Shown: piece by piece, positions 37,502 through 50,883 of the stretch
How the letters are laid out: every line of letters begins with the position of its first letter
Numbering within the stretch: position 1 is the first letter of the stretch
Assembly (NCBI GenBank): GCA_964016885.1
Contig: OZ024764.1
Span: 24,242,001-24,306,000, forward strand
Reading direction: 5' to 3'
Source: Eledone cirrhosa
Lineage: Eukaryota
DNA length: 64,000 nucleotides
Position numbers and translations under genes: made by a program
Notes under the pieces: generated by a model
Databases searched by the model: none
Seen by the model: the letters and a program-made list of their open reading frames with translations, nothing else
Told to the model about the DNA's origin: nothing

Positions 37502-38147
37502 CGCACACACATATTTATATATATATATATATACACACACGTATATATATGGGCCTTCCAGTTTTATTTCACACTAGCAGTAAAGCCCGGCGTTTCTCGG
37601 GGCTGCTCAGTAGCTGTGTTAAAGTTACAATGTTAAGTTCCTTTCTTGGCTCTATATATATACAAGAAAGATCTGTGAGACCCGGCATGATAACACGAGT
37701 CATGTTAGAATATAAACGTTCTAGATATGATCATTCACTTTTTAAAAATTATCTTAGTTTTAACGACTCATAGTCAACTGCGTCCCTTTTAAAACAGGTA
37801 AAGTGTGGTTTGAGAAAGATTTCACCTCGATATCTAGCATGTTGAGCGACTCAGTCGAGTCTTTCGCATCGATAATTATCTTGCAGAGTGATACTTTTTG
37901 TTTTAATATCGATTAGTTAAGATTGGAACTTTTTACCTATGTCGCCGGTATTGTTTAGAGAGGGGAATATTGTTAACGACACCGCGTATCTGCTAACTTT
38001 ATGTTTTGAATTGAACTAATTTTCTCTTGTTTGGTAATTATCTCGTGTTAAAGTGAACGTTCATTTTTTTGTCGATAACCTACAGCGATCTAAATGATAT
38101 CCAAGGCAAGAAATTGAACCGTAATCGATTATAATCACAGAATTACT

Positions 38148-39329
38148 ATGGAATGCGTGAATCGCTCGGACACACCTGTTTTTGCTGATATAGATAGAGA
38201 CACACAGACACACAGTGGTGAGAAACCTACCAATATAGATACAGTTACACAGACATACAATGGTGAGAAACCTCTTCTTAGTGAACAAGGATCGTTGCAC
38301 AAGAGTATTCCTGAATATCGCTGTGAGGTTTGTAGGAAAATTTTCTCATCACAAGAAGAAGTAGCCACACACACAGACATACCAGACATACACGCCAGGA
38401 AAAAACCCTTCCACTGTGAAATATGTGGGAAATATTTTATGAATAACATTAATTTTACAAAACATAAAACTATACACACGAGAGAAAGACTTTTTTCCTG
38501 TGAAATATGTGGGAAATCATTCTTTAATAATTCGAGTGTTGATATTCACAAACGAAGTCACACTGGAGAAAAACCTTTTCACTGTGAAATATGTGGGAAA
38601 TGTTTTGTATGTAATAGTGCTTTAACAAAACATCAAAAACTACACACCGGAGAAAAACCCTTCCATTGTGAGATATGTGGTAAATCTTTTACATGTAAGG
38701 GTCTTTTAACAAGTCACAATAGAATACATACTGGAGAAAAATTGTTTCGTTGTGAAATATGTGGGAAGTGTTTCGTTCAAAATTCTCATCTGGTTGTTCA
38801 TATACGTAGCCACACTGGCGAAAAACCATTCCATTGTGAAATATGTGGAAAATCTTTTGCCTCTAACAGTGTTTTAACCACACACAAAAGAATACATACA
38901 GGAGAAGAACTGTTTCACTGTGAAATATGTGAGAAATCGTTCTCGGATAATTCTAGTCTTGTAGTTCACAAACGTCGTCATACTGGAGAGAAACCATATA
39001 ATTGTGAAATATGTGAGAAATCTTTCATAAACAATTCTCATCTTGTTGTCCACATGCGTAGTCATACTGGAGAAAAACCCTTCCACTGTGAAATATGTGG
39101 AAAATCCTTCTCCGTTAATTCTCACCTTGTAGTTCACAAGCGCATACACACGGGAGAAAAACCCTATCACTGTGAAATATGTGGGAAGTCTTTCTCTGTA
39201 AATTCCCATCTTGTAGTTCACAGACGTACCCACACTGGAGAAAAACCTTGCCCTTGTGAGATATGTGGGAAATCGTTTATCACTACAGATCATTTAAAAA
39301 GACATGAACAAATACACAATGGAGAATAA
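38148..39329 (+). CDS. Tandem C2H2 zinc-finger protein (11 canonical fingers plus 1 atypical)
   Basis: Repeated CEICGKxF...HxxxH units with TGEKP linkers in a 393-aa ORF. AATAAA lies ~75 nt after the stop. An upstream exon is possible. Confidence 0.88.
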   Translation: MECVNRSDTPVFADIDRDTQTHSGEKPTNIDTVTQTYNGEKPLLSEQGSLHKSIPEYRCEVCRKIFSSQEEVATHTDIPDIHARKKPFHCEICGKYFMNNINFTKHKTIHTRERLFSCEICGKSFFNNSSVDIHKRSHTGEKPFHCEICGKCFVCNSALTKHQKLHTGEKPFHCEICGKSFTCKGLLTSHNRIHTGEKLFRCEICGKCFVQNSHLVVHIRSHTGEKPFHCEICGKSFASNSVLTTHKRIHTGEELFHCEICEKSFSDNSSLVVHKRRHTGEKPYNCEICEKSFINNSHLVVHMRSHTGEKPFHCEICGKSFSVNSHLVVHKRIHTGEKPYHCEICGKSFSVNSHLVVHRRTHTGEKPCPCEICGKSFITTDHLKRHEQIHNGE

Positions 39330-39555
39330 ATCGTGCACCTGTGAAATATATGAGGAATGATTTATCTCTCACAATTGCTGAAATTTATGACAAAATATGT
39401 TTATAAATAAATTTCTTAAAAGTTTTATAAAATTTCAATTAAAATGTTATAACTGTATCTCGATTGCAGGGTCTTTAAAGCAACATTATTTGATAGAGTG
39501 CATAGCTCTCAATCATTAAGAGATCAGAGAGTCACTCCAAGTAGAGCCATTACTT

Positions 39556-41075
39556 CTCTGAATTGAAAGATCACAGCTCTGATACTACAGACATGTGGTT
39601 AGAATGTCTCAGGAAAGAATCTCTAAATTGAGAGATCACAGCTCTGATACTACAGACATGTGGTTAGAATGTCTGAGGAAAGAATCTCTGAATTGAGAGA
39701 TAAAAGCTCTGATACTACAGACATGTGGTTAGAATGTCTGAGGAAAGAATCTCTGAATTGAGATATCACTGTTCTGATACTACAGACATGTGGTTAGAAT
39801 GTCTCAGGAAAGAATCTCTAAATTGAGAGATCACAGCTCTGATACTACAGACATGTGGTTAGAATGTCTCAGGAAAGAATCTCTAAATTGAGAGATCACA
39901 GCTCTGATACTACAGACATGTGGTTAGAATGTCTCAGGAAAGAATCTCTGAATTTAGAGATCACAGCTCTGATACTACCGACATGTGGTTTGAATGTCTG
40001 AGGAAAGAATCTCTGAATTGAGATATCACTGTTCTGATACTACAGACATGTGGTTAGAATGTCTCAGGAAAGAATCTCTGAATTGAGAGATAAAAGCTCT
40101 GATACTACAGACATGTGGTTAGAATGTCTCAGGAAAGAATCTCTGAATTGAGATATCACTGTTCTGATACTACAGACATGTGGTTAGAATGTCTGAGGAA
40201 AGAATCTCTGAATTGAGATATCACTGTTCTGATACTACAGACATGTGGTTAGAATGTCTCAGGAAAGAATCTCTAAATTGAGAGATCACAGCTCTGATAC
40301 TACAGACATGTGGTTAGAATGTCTCGGGAAAGAATCTCTAAATTGAGAGATCACAGCTCTGATACTACAGACATGTGGTTAGAATGTCTCAGGAAAGAAT
40401 CTCTGAATTTAGAGATCACAGCTCTGATACTACAGACATGTGGTTTGAATGTCTGAGGAAAGAATCTCTGAATTGAGAGATAAAAGCTCTGATACTACAG
40501 ACATGTGGTTAGAATGTCTCAGGAAAGAATCTCTGAATTGAGATATCACTGTTCTGATACTACAGACATGTGGTTAGAATGTCTGAGGAAAGAATCTCTG
40601 AATTGAGATATCACTGTTCTGATACTACAGACATGTGGTTAGAATGTCTGAGGAAAGAATCTCTGAATTGAGATACCACAGCTCTGATACTACAGATATG
40701 TGGTTAGAATGTCTGAGGAAAGAATCTCTAAATTGAGAGATCACAGCTCTGATACTACAGACATGTGGTTAGAATGTCTGAGGAAAGAATCTCTGAATTG
40801 AGATATCACTGTTCTGATACTACAGACATGTGGTTAGAATGTCTCAGGAAAGAATCTCTAAATTGAGAGATCACAGCTCTGATACTACAGACATGGGGTT
40901 AGAATGTCTCAGGAAAGAATCTCTGAATTGAAAGATCAAAGCTCTGATACTACAGACATGTGGTTAGAATGTCTGAGGAAAGAATCTCTGAATTGAGAGA
41001 TCACAGTTCTGATACTACAGACATGTGGTTAGAATGTCTCAGGAAAGAATCTCTGAATTGGGAGATCACAGCTCT
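39556..41075. repeat. 60-bp satellite derived from LINE coding sequence (~25 copies)
   Basis: Unit CTCTGAATTGAGAGATCACAGCTCTGATACTACAGACATGTGGTTAGAATGTCTCAGGAAAGAAT. Flank and unit match the reverse complement of 32590-32700. Confidence 0.92.
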
Positions 41076-41077
41076 TA

Positions 41078-42235
41078 CCATTTTTCATTTCCTTAATCGC
41101 TCTTGGTCCCTATATTCGTCAATCTCAATAGCTGGTCCCTCTGTTGTATCTACTGAGAGTAATTTCTCTCTCCCATTCGTTCTCCACATTCATCAGTCTC
41201 TCATAATGACATTTCCAGGCCTCCTTTTTCTAATCATTCATGACACTAAGTACACTGGCATCATTCCGGACACATTTATCACCAACAACATCCTGATTTG
41301 CATTGACACACTGCCTTGCAATGTGGAACACCGCACACTTCTGATCGTCCCGTTGCAGAACATTGACAAACCTCCTACTCTCAGCCTCCCTGCGTGCTAA
41401 GTACACCCGACGTCTAGCTTCTCTCTTAGCGGCTGTGTATCCTTCTCTACTCCCACCCTTTTTCCAAGCCTTCCATGCTAGTCTTTTGTCTCTAATGGCC
41501 TTATCTATCGTGCTTTTCCACCACCAGGTTACTCTCTGTCTGGTTGGAGCTCTACTCCAGCCACAGAGTTTCATCAGTAGCCTGCAGTAAGTTGTCACGT
41601 AAGAAATTCCAGTTATTATCTATGTCATACGTCTCTAAATCATCTTCTTTTTCGTCATACACATCTTGAAGGGCTTTCCTAAATTTGTATTTTAGTGAAA
41701 GGTCTTTTAGCTTCCAGACCTTTCTTCTCCACACCTTCCTGTATGTCTCATTCCATCTCTTGCTTACTGAGATATCACTAACGACTAACCTATGCTGTGG
41801 GGTACATTCTTCCCCAGGGTATGCCTTGGTATTAGACACTATCTGCCTGTCCCGCTGCCTAACTAGTAAGAAGTCAATCTGGCTTATGTGCTCGCCTGAT
41901 TTGTAGGTTATTAAGTGGTTGGCAGGTTTCTGGAAGTTTGTGTTGCAAATGGTCAGTGTACTTGCATCATAAAATTCAAGAAGTCTCACTCCTTCATTTC
42001 CTGAGCCGTAACCGTGCCCACCATGTACCCCAGTGTAACCATCCTGGAGCTGTCCAACATGACCATTGAAGTCTCCTGCTAGCATAACGATGTCTCCGTC
42101 CTCTGCCATTGCAGTTTGTAAAAGTTGCTCGTAAAAGCAGTCTTTCTCATCTTTGCCTAGGCCTGCTTGGGGAACATAGGCAGAGATGATTGTCAGTAGT
42201 CTCCTGCCTACAACTAATCTAAGCTTAATTATTCA
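41078..42235 (-). mobile_element. RTE LINE fragment (APE/linker region), same family as 45470-48490
   Basis: ORFs 41552-42109 and 41230-41598 nearly match those at 47225-47677. Confidence 0.85.
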
Positions 42236-42969
42236 ATTATTAACTCAAACTACCTCTGGTGGCACAAATAAAAGCACCCAGTACATGATGTAAAGTGGCA
42301 CTGGTGTTAGGAAGGGCATCCAACCAGTGTATCAATGCCAAAACAATTATAAGCACAGCAACAAAATATATATATATATATATGCGTGTTTGTGTGTGTG
42401 TGCGGACATTGTATCTTCCCCGGGGACACACAGTCACAGTAAGTCTTGTGTGACAGAGAGAGAGAGACGTAAGGTTGAGGAAGGGGGAGAGTTAAAGTGT
42501 GTAAGAAATAAATAAATAAATAAAAGTTATCGAACGCTATCATCTCCTCCCCTCCCCCAACCCCCCCCTCTCTTTCTCTACAGAATGGAGCACAATCAAG
42601 AACACACATTGTCGTCTGCTTTGTTTGAAATTTCTTTATGTATATTTCTAATAAGTTGTTGCCTCGTTTTGGAGGACTGAGTTGTGGGAGGGATGGTTTA
42701 ACATACAATAGTAGTATCTCCTCTTCCCCTCTCTCACTGAAACGTCTTCTCTTTCCTCCTCCATTGTAAAGATGTCCCCAGGGGTTCCATTATTGTTTTT
42801 ATTGAAATCCAATTAGCCAGTCCTGTCCTGTTTTTGAATATTAGCTTAACATGTTAACATCAGGATTAGATCACTCGTGTAGGTACTAACTGGTTATACA
42901 CAGACAGACAGAAATTGCCATTTATATAGTAGACTAGCAGAAAACCACCCGGGGGCAGTTTTCTGCTAG

Positions 42970-44188
42970 TCTATATATCTAAAACAGAGAATGTCTGTCT
43001 GTCAGCTCACTAAAACTTGAGAACCATCCAACCGATTGTTTTCAAACTTTAGACATGTAATACTTATGGTCCTGTGAGTGTTTTGAGCAAAAATTATTTC
43101 AAATTTTCAATGCCCTAGGGACCGCATTAGGCGATTTAGCGTTCTCTCTATATAATTCTTAGTCTTTCTTTTTAGATAGATACATAGATATAACGTTGCG
43201 CCCTTATAATATCTGGCTGTCTGCATTACGTCATTATGACGCTCTCAGCGCGATTCCCTCGGCCTCAGTGGAGAGGGGAAGGTAATGTTTCTGTAGCACG
43301 TGTTTTAGCGTCTATTCACTCTCTCTCTCCCCCTCTCGCTATCCTCCTCTCGTAGTCTGTCTCTTTCTTTCACTCTCACTCTCTCTCTACGCACGTGTTT
43401 CCACTGTTGGACAGACAGACAGACAGAGAAATTGCTGGTTATATATATAAGTAGATATATATATACTAAAATAAAGGTGTTTATTTCAGTGACTCCCATG
43501 TTGAAATGGAGGGCCCAGGTGTGGCACAGTGTTGTCTATATATAATATAAAATAAAGGTGTTTATTGCTTGGTTGAATCCCATGAAAATAACACACATAC
43601 ATCTAAAGAGAGAGAGAGAGAGGCAGAAAGAGAGAGATAGGCAGTTATACAGAGAGAGATACTAAAGTGTTAGATATTCAGAGAGAGAGAGTAACGTCCC
43701 ACGAAAGTCTAGAAACAGCTTAAACTATAGATCCTTTGATCTATGGGAAGGTTTAACAATATTGTGTTAGCTTTTATAAAGTAGTTTTACAGTCTTTCAT
43801 TTTACAGAACAAAGAAAAACTGATTCTATTTTAAATTAATCAACCCTCCATTTTTTATCCCTATACTACTTACAGTCCGTACTAACAAAGCTAAACACTT
43901 CAGAAGCAATGTTATGTGGTATATTGCTGTGTTTCAGATGAGGTCCTTTGGAGCTGAATAAGATCATACTGACTATGGTTATTTCACATTTAAAATCCAG
44001 GGCCAATGTTACCATTTAATCAGCAGTTTACTCCCCCAACCTAATAAGGAAGTTTTATGATTTTGTTTATGTCTCTCTCACACATTACAGTCTCACCTCA
44101 TACCAGACAACACATCCAATACAGTCGTTTCTCTTTTATCTGTCTTCTCTTAACTATTCTCCCGGGTAAAGCCAGGTACCTCAGCTAG
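42970..44188 (+). mobile_element. Non-autonomous Helitron (composite)
   Basis: TCTATATATCTAAAA...GTCTGTCTGTC start and CCCGGGTAAAGCCAGG...CTAG|T end. Shares a block (43198-43240) with 33248-33305. Confidence 0.65.
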
Positions 44189-44214
44189 TTATATATATAT
44201 AGTAAAATATAAAA

Positions 44215-44625
44215 TATGGTGAATTGGCAGTATCGGTAGAGGGTTGGACGCCATGCTTTCTAACACAGTTACCTCCCTTTACAGTCTGAGTTCAAATCCC
44301 GTCGAGGTTAACTTTGCTTTTCATCCTTACGGGGTCGATAAAATAAAGTACCAGTAATGTACTGGGTAATTGATGGCCTTGTGCCTAAAGTAGAAACAAT
44401 TATTTATTATATATAAATTAATGATTTTATTTATTATATAATTGTTTCTACTTTAGGCACAGGGCCAGCAATCAACCAGTACATTACTGGTACTTTATTT
44501 TATCGACCCCGTAAGGATGAAAGGCAAAGTTAACCTCGACGGGATTTGAACTCAGATCGTAAAGGGAGGTAACTGTGCTGGAAAGCATGGCTGATGCTCC
44601 ACCGACACTGCCAGTTAACCGCCCT
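44215..44625. mobile_element. Two tail-to-tail copies of a second SINE family; relatives at 26640-26770, 31300-31470, 45040-45380, 51105-51270
   Basis: B-box GAGTTCAAATCC followed by a shared core CTTTCATCCTTACGGGGTCGATAAAATAAAGTACCAG. Confidence 0.72.
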
Positions 44626-45469
44626 TTATTTTAGTTATTATATAATATTTAAAATTTGTGTGTAGGTAGGTCTCTCTGGAAATGGGGGGGGTTTACATGG
44701 TCGTGGGGGGGTACATGGCCGTGAAGGGGACGGGGGGGGTATTACATGGCCGTGAAGGGGACGGTGACCTAAAAGTTTGAAAATGTTTGTGTTAGATGTT
44801 CTACATATGAATTCCAGCATAAACCAGCTTTATTTCACATTATAAAGAATATTAGGTTACCCTTTACAGTGTTGGTGGAGGGGGAGAACTCTGTGTTTTG
44901 TGGAATTGGAACAAATACTTAGAGAATGAGGTCAGCGAGTGCACCTTGGTGATTTAGTCACACTAGTCAGCTGTTATATAACACTATACCATAGGATGGT
45001 TACAGAAGCATATCGTGGTCTGCTTGTTGTTATATAAGTGTTTCTACTTTTGGCACAAGGCCAGCAATTACCCCCAGTGCATTACTGGTACTTTATTTTA
45101 TGAAAGGCAAAGTTAACCTCGACGGGATTTGATCTCAGAACGTAATTGGGCCATAACTCTATGCTACAAATCATGGTGTCCGATGTTCTACCGATACTGC
45201 CCGGCCACCACCCTATGAGTTGTTATATAATTGTTTCTACTTTAGGCACAAGGCCAGCAATTACCCAGTGCATTACTGGTACTTTATTTTATCGACCCCG
45301 TAATGATGAAAGGCAAAGTTAACCTCAGCGAGATTTGAACACAGAATGGCAAGGGCCGTAACTCTATGCGTCAAAGCATGAGTTGTTATATAATGCTGTA
45401 TTGACATAACACTACAACATTAGGTTGTTACATAACAACATCATGGTTGTCAGTTATACTCTGGGGGTT

Positions 45470-48400
45470 CATCATCATCGTCATACGTCCGCTCTTCCCT
45501 GCTTCCAAGGGTGGGACGGGTCCTATTCAGCACAGCATCTCTCCACTCGTCACGGTCCTTCGTCATCTCCACCGTGAGCTTCAATGATCTGATGTCTGTT
45601 CTCACCACTTCCGCCCATGTCTTCCGTGGTCTACCTCTACTGCGTCTTCCTTTTACTGGCATTTCTTGGCACTTCTTTACCCATCGGTCATCCTCCATGT
45701 GCATCACATGTCCATACCACCTCAGTCTCCTCTCCCACACACTGCAACTTATCCCTCTTATACACTGTTTCTCTCTCAATACATTTATGCTGGGTCGTTC
45801 ACGCACATTTACACTGCACATCCAACGGAGCATGCTTGCCTCATTTCTCTCCAGCCGTCGCATATCCTCTGCAGTTGCTGCCCATGTCTCACTACTATGC
45901 AGCAACATGCTCCTCACACAGGCATTATATAATCGGCCTTTCATATGCAGGGAGAAACCCTTATTTGTCAACAGAGGAAGCAGCTCCCTAAATTTCTTCC
46001 AACCCGTCCTTATTCTAGATACTATGGCCTCGGAACACCTCCCTCCCATTCTAATCTGATCTCCTAGGTACCGGAAGCTATCAACCACTTCTATAGAACT
46101 TACCTGCATTTGAAACATGTGTCCTCTACTGATTCTGCTATAAGAACCAGATCATCAGCATAGAGAAGTTCCCATGGAGTCTTAAACTCCTCTGTTAAGG
46201 CTTGGAGGACTATAATGAACAAGAGCAGGCTGAGGACCGAACCCTGATATACTCCTACTTGTATCTGGAATTCCTCACTAAACTTCATGCCTACTCTCAC
46301 TTTACTGACACCACCTCTGTACATAGCTTGCACTGTCCTCACAAACTATTCCTCTACACCTAGTTTCCTTAGGGACCACCAGATGACAGATCGGGGTACT
46401 CTATCAAAGGCCTTCTCTAGGTCAACAAAAGCTAAGTATAGTGGTTTATTCTTCTCTAAGATCCTCTCTTGTAGTTGTCTCACCAAGAAGAGGGCATCTG
46501 TTGTACTCTTCCCAGGCACAAAACCAAACTGCATCTCACCTAATTTAACTCTTTCTCTAATTAATTGTGCTAATATTCTTTCTGCCACTTTCATAACCTG
46601 ATCTATCAGTTTTATACCCCTATAATTGCTCCTCTCCAGAGCATCCCCTTTACCTTTGTAGCAATTTATGAGAATACTGTTGCACCAGTCTTTGTGTATG
46701 ACACCACCATAAATAGCCTGATTGATGATGCGTGCAACCAGTTTAGTGCCTACGTCCCCTGATGCTTTCAGCATCTCAGCAACTATTCCCGATGGTCCAG
46801 CAGCCTTACCATTTTTCATTTCCTTAATTGCCTCTTGGACCCTATATTCGTCAATCTCAATAGCTGGTCCCTCTGTCGGATCTACTAAGGGTAATTTCTC
46901 TCTCTCTCATTCATTCTCCACCTTCATCAGTCTCTCATAATGACATTTCCAGGCCTCCTTTTTCTGATCATTCGTGACACTAAGTACACCGGCATCATTC
47001 CGGACACATTTATCTCCAACAACATCCTAATTTGCATTGACACACTGCCTTGCAATGTGGAAAACCGCACGTCTCTGATCTTCCCATCACAGAACATTGT
47101 CAAACCTCCTACTCTCAGCCTCCCTGCATGCTAAGTAGACCTGACATCTAGCTTCTCTCTTAGCGGCTGTGTATCCTTCTCTACTCCCACCCTTTTTCCA
47201 AGCCTTCCATGCTAGTCTTTTGTCTCAAATGGCTCTATCTACCGTGCTGTTCCACCACCAGGTCACTGTCTGTCTGGTTGGAGCTCTGCTCCTGCCACAA
47301 GTTTCATCAGTAGCCTGCAGCAAGTTGTCACGTAAGAAATTCCAGTTATCATCTATGTCATACGACTCTAAATCGTCTTCTTTTTCGTCATATACATCTT
47401 GAAGGGCTTTCCTAAATTTGTATTTTAGTGAAAGGTCCTTTAGCTTCCAGACCTTTCTTCTCCACACCTTCCTGTATGTCTCATTCCATCTCTTGCTTAC
47501 TGAGATATCACTAACAACTAACCTATGCTGTGGGGTACATTCTTCCCCAGGGTATGCCTTGGTATTTGACACCATCTGCCTGTCCCGCTGCCTAACTAGC
47601 AAGAAGTCAATCTGTCTCATGTGCTCACCTGATTTGTAGGTTATTAGGTGGTTGGTAGGTTTCTTGAAGTGTTGCAAATGGTTAGTTCACTTGCATCACA
47701 AAATACAAGAAGCCTCACTCCTTCTTCGTTTATTGAGCCGTAACCATGACCACCATGTACCCAAGTATATCTGTAATGAAGGGTATTAGTGGTGTTTGTT
47801 AGATGAAATAACAAGAATAGCTGATTTACTTTATATATAAAAAGGTTTACTCCCCTTTAGTCAAAAAGAACACTCCCTTGCCGTCCTCCGGGGAAACGCC
47901 TTCTCCATTCTGTCCACCGGGGCTGTGAGTGGGCCCCATCGCGTACCAATATATTAGTTAAATACCATTCTTTCATTTGATGCCCTAGTATTTGTATTTG
48001 ATATAAGTTACCACGAGTTGCAAAGGTTGACCAAATATTGTTTGTTAGTTGCAGTCGGGGGTAGCAGTTCTCGTTGTGATTGAATTCTCTCTCTCTTCCA
48101 CCGGTTATTTATATCCCCAGCTCTCTGTACCCTGCCTCGAGGGATCGCCCAAGCATCAACTTGTTAACGCCAAAAGGGTGGTGACCTAGAATTTGACCTT
48201 TAGGTGTCACCCAGGGTTGGAGGTGTGGACAGGTTTCGCTACATATCCATCCTGGAGCTGTCCAACATGACCATTGAAGTCCCCTGCTAGCATAACGATG
48301 TCTCCGTCCTCTGTCATTGCGGCTGTTTCTAAAAGTTGCTCGTAAAAGCAGTCTTTCTCTTCTTTACCTAGGCCTGCCTGGGGAGCATAGGTAGAGAAGA

Positions 48401-48490
48401 TTGGCAGCAGTCTCCTGCCTACAACTAATCTAAGCTTAATTATTCTATTACTGACTCTACCTCTATTGTCTTATTGATCCATCTCTCAGC
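45470..48490 (-). mobile_element. Degenerate RTE LINE (APE, RT, C-terminus) interrupted by a solo LTR
   Basis: Broken ORFs with GDFNGHVG/QIDFLL (APE), KAAGPSG, FVDLEKAFDRV, LLYADDL (RT) and RRLRWYGHV. (GAT)n tail near 45470. Confidence 0.88.
47772..48243. mobile_element. Solo LTR (probably Gypsy-type)
   Basis: Starts TGTA and ends TACA, flanked by a 4-bp TATC duplication. It interrupts RTE sequence that is contiguous in the copy near 42030. Confidence 0.75.
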
Positions 48491-49145
48491 CTAGTTGGGT
48501 GGGGTCACCATGTCTCGCTCATATAGGAGCGTTTCTGGATGGTTTTCTATGGCTGGATGCCCTTCCTAGTGCCAACCACATTGACAGTGTGTGCTGGGTG
48601 CTTTTTGTCATGACACCTACACGATCACTTTACAGTGTGGGCTGGATGTTGTTTACAGTGGGGCCTGGGCCCTTTTCTCTTGGGACTAGGGAGGGTGGAG
48701 GAGCTTGGGGGAAAAATGTGGACAGGGTAGTTGGGGAGGTATGGTTACCACTAAGATAGACGTTAATTGATGATGATAATGATATATATATATATATATA
48801 TAAATTAATAAAAATAATGAATAAAAACAAAGAAACAGTTCCTTATATTAAAAAATTCATCATTTTACGATCGTTTCTAGGATATATATGTGTGTTGGTA
48901 TGTATATTATATAGATCTATGTAAAAATATTACAAACTATCAGAGGAAATATACATACCTTCACATATATATGCTGTTTCAGAAATAATTTGTTTGTTTT
49001 TATTCATTATTTTTATTAATTTATCTTGACTCTGTTTTCCTGTGTTTTTCATCGAAAAAATTTTGAATATATCTTTTCTTTTTTCATGATATTTGGATTA
49101 CATTGAGTTCTTCATACGGATTGGACACTACCGTATATTTTGGTA

Positions 49146-49247
<102 letters not shown>

Positions 49248-49583
49248 GAGGAAAATGCGAAGCTAGTAGATGTTAAAAAGACCTTTATTGATAAGGCTGT
49301 GACACATATTTCAATGACAATCGTGCTCTCTTGATTTTATGTAACCAGTACTGTGATCTCATCAGACAGCAACATTATGTAAAAAACCAAAGACAAGAGG
49401 CAACATTACATAACACTTGCTTTCAGTTTGGATTGCCTTGGAAACATAACCTATAAACAGCCAGGTTAAACAGATAGATGAGAGAATTCTGGTCGGAAAT
49501 GGCCGGTTTAAAAACTGAAGGGTAAAAGCTTCATGTGTTACTACATTCAACAATTATGCACTGCAAATACATCTATGGTTTAA

Positions 49584-50883
49584 CCCTTTAGCATTTAAAC
49601 CAGCCATATCTGGCCAGAATTCTCACACCCCTTTCTGTTCAAACTGGCTGTAACTGGTCACTCATACTTATGTTAAGGAATTGTTCTCAAAATAAATAAT
49701 ATCAACATCACATAAACTCAATGTTATGTGAGGTATTATGTGAGGTAAAGCCTTTACTGTGAAAATACAATAGTATATATAGAGTAATGTAAATGTTATG
49801 TGAGATATTATGTGAGGTAAAGCCTTTATTGTGAAAATACAATAGTAAATATAGAGTAATGTAGATGTTATATGAGATATTATGTAAGGTAAAGCCTTTA
49901 CTGTGAAAATACAATAGTATATATAGAGTAATGTAAATGGTATGTGAGATATTATGTAAGGTAAAGCCTTTATTGTGAAAATACAATAGTATATATAGAG
50001 TAATGTAAATGTTATGTGAGATATTATGTGAGGTAAAGCCTTTATTGTGAAAATACAATAGTATATATAGAGTAATGTAAATGTTATGTGAGATATTATG
50101 TGAGGTAAAGCCTTTACTGTGAAAATACAATAGTATATATAGAGTAATGTAAATGTTATGTGAGATATTATGTGAGGTAAAGCCTTTACTGTGACAATAC
50201 AATAGTATATATAGTGTAATGTAAATGTTATGTGAGATATTATGTGAGGTAAAGCCTTTACTGTGAAAATACAATAGTATATATAGAGTAATGTAAATAT
50301 TATGTGAGATATTATGTGAGGTAAAGCCTTTACTGTGAAAATACAATAGTATATATAGAGTAATGTAAATGTTATGTGAGGTATTATGTGAGGTAAAGCC
50401 TTTACTGTGAAAATACAATAGTATATATAGAGTAATGTAAATGTTATGTGAGATATTATGTGAGGTAAAGCCTTTACTGTGACAATACAATAGTATATAT
50501 AGAGTAATGTAAATGTTATGTGAGATATTATGTGAGGTAAAGCCTTTACTGTGACAATACAATAGTATATATAGAGTAATGTAAATGGTATGTGAGATAT
50601 TATGTGAGGTAAAGCCTTTACTGTGAAAATACAATAGTATATATAGAGTAATGTAAATGTTATGTGAGATATTGTGTGAGGTAAAGCCTTTACTGTGAAA
50701 ATACAATAGTATATATAGAGTAATGTAAATGTTATGTGAGATATTATGTGAGGTAAAGACTTTACTGTGAAAATACAATAGTATATATAGAGTAATGTAA
50801 ATGTTATGTGAGGTATTATGTGAGGTAAAGCCTTTACTGTGACAATACAATAGTATATATAGAGTAATGTAAATGGTAAAGTG
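49584..50883 (-). mobile_element. piggyBac-like MITE with ~19 x 60-bp units
   Basis: TTAA|CCCTTTAGCATTTA...TAAATGgTAAAGtG|TTAA. Confidence 0.82.

Noticed and set aside
48845-48950. Hammerhead-like CTGATAG...GAAACGATCGTA on the minus strand (also ~56100-56190, and TTGATAA...CGAAACC near 59210-59245)
   Set aside because: The core is mutated and the stems are unconvincing. They may be decayed copies and were not counted.
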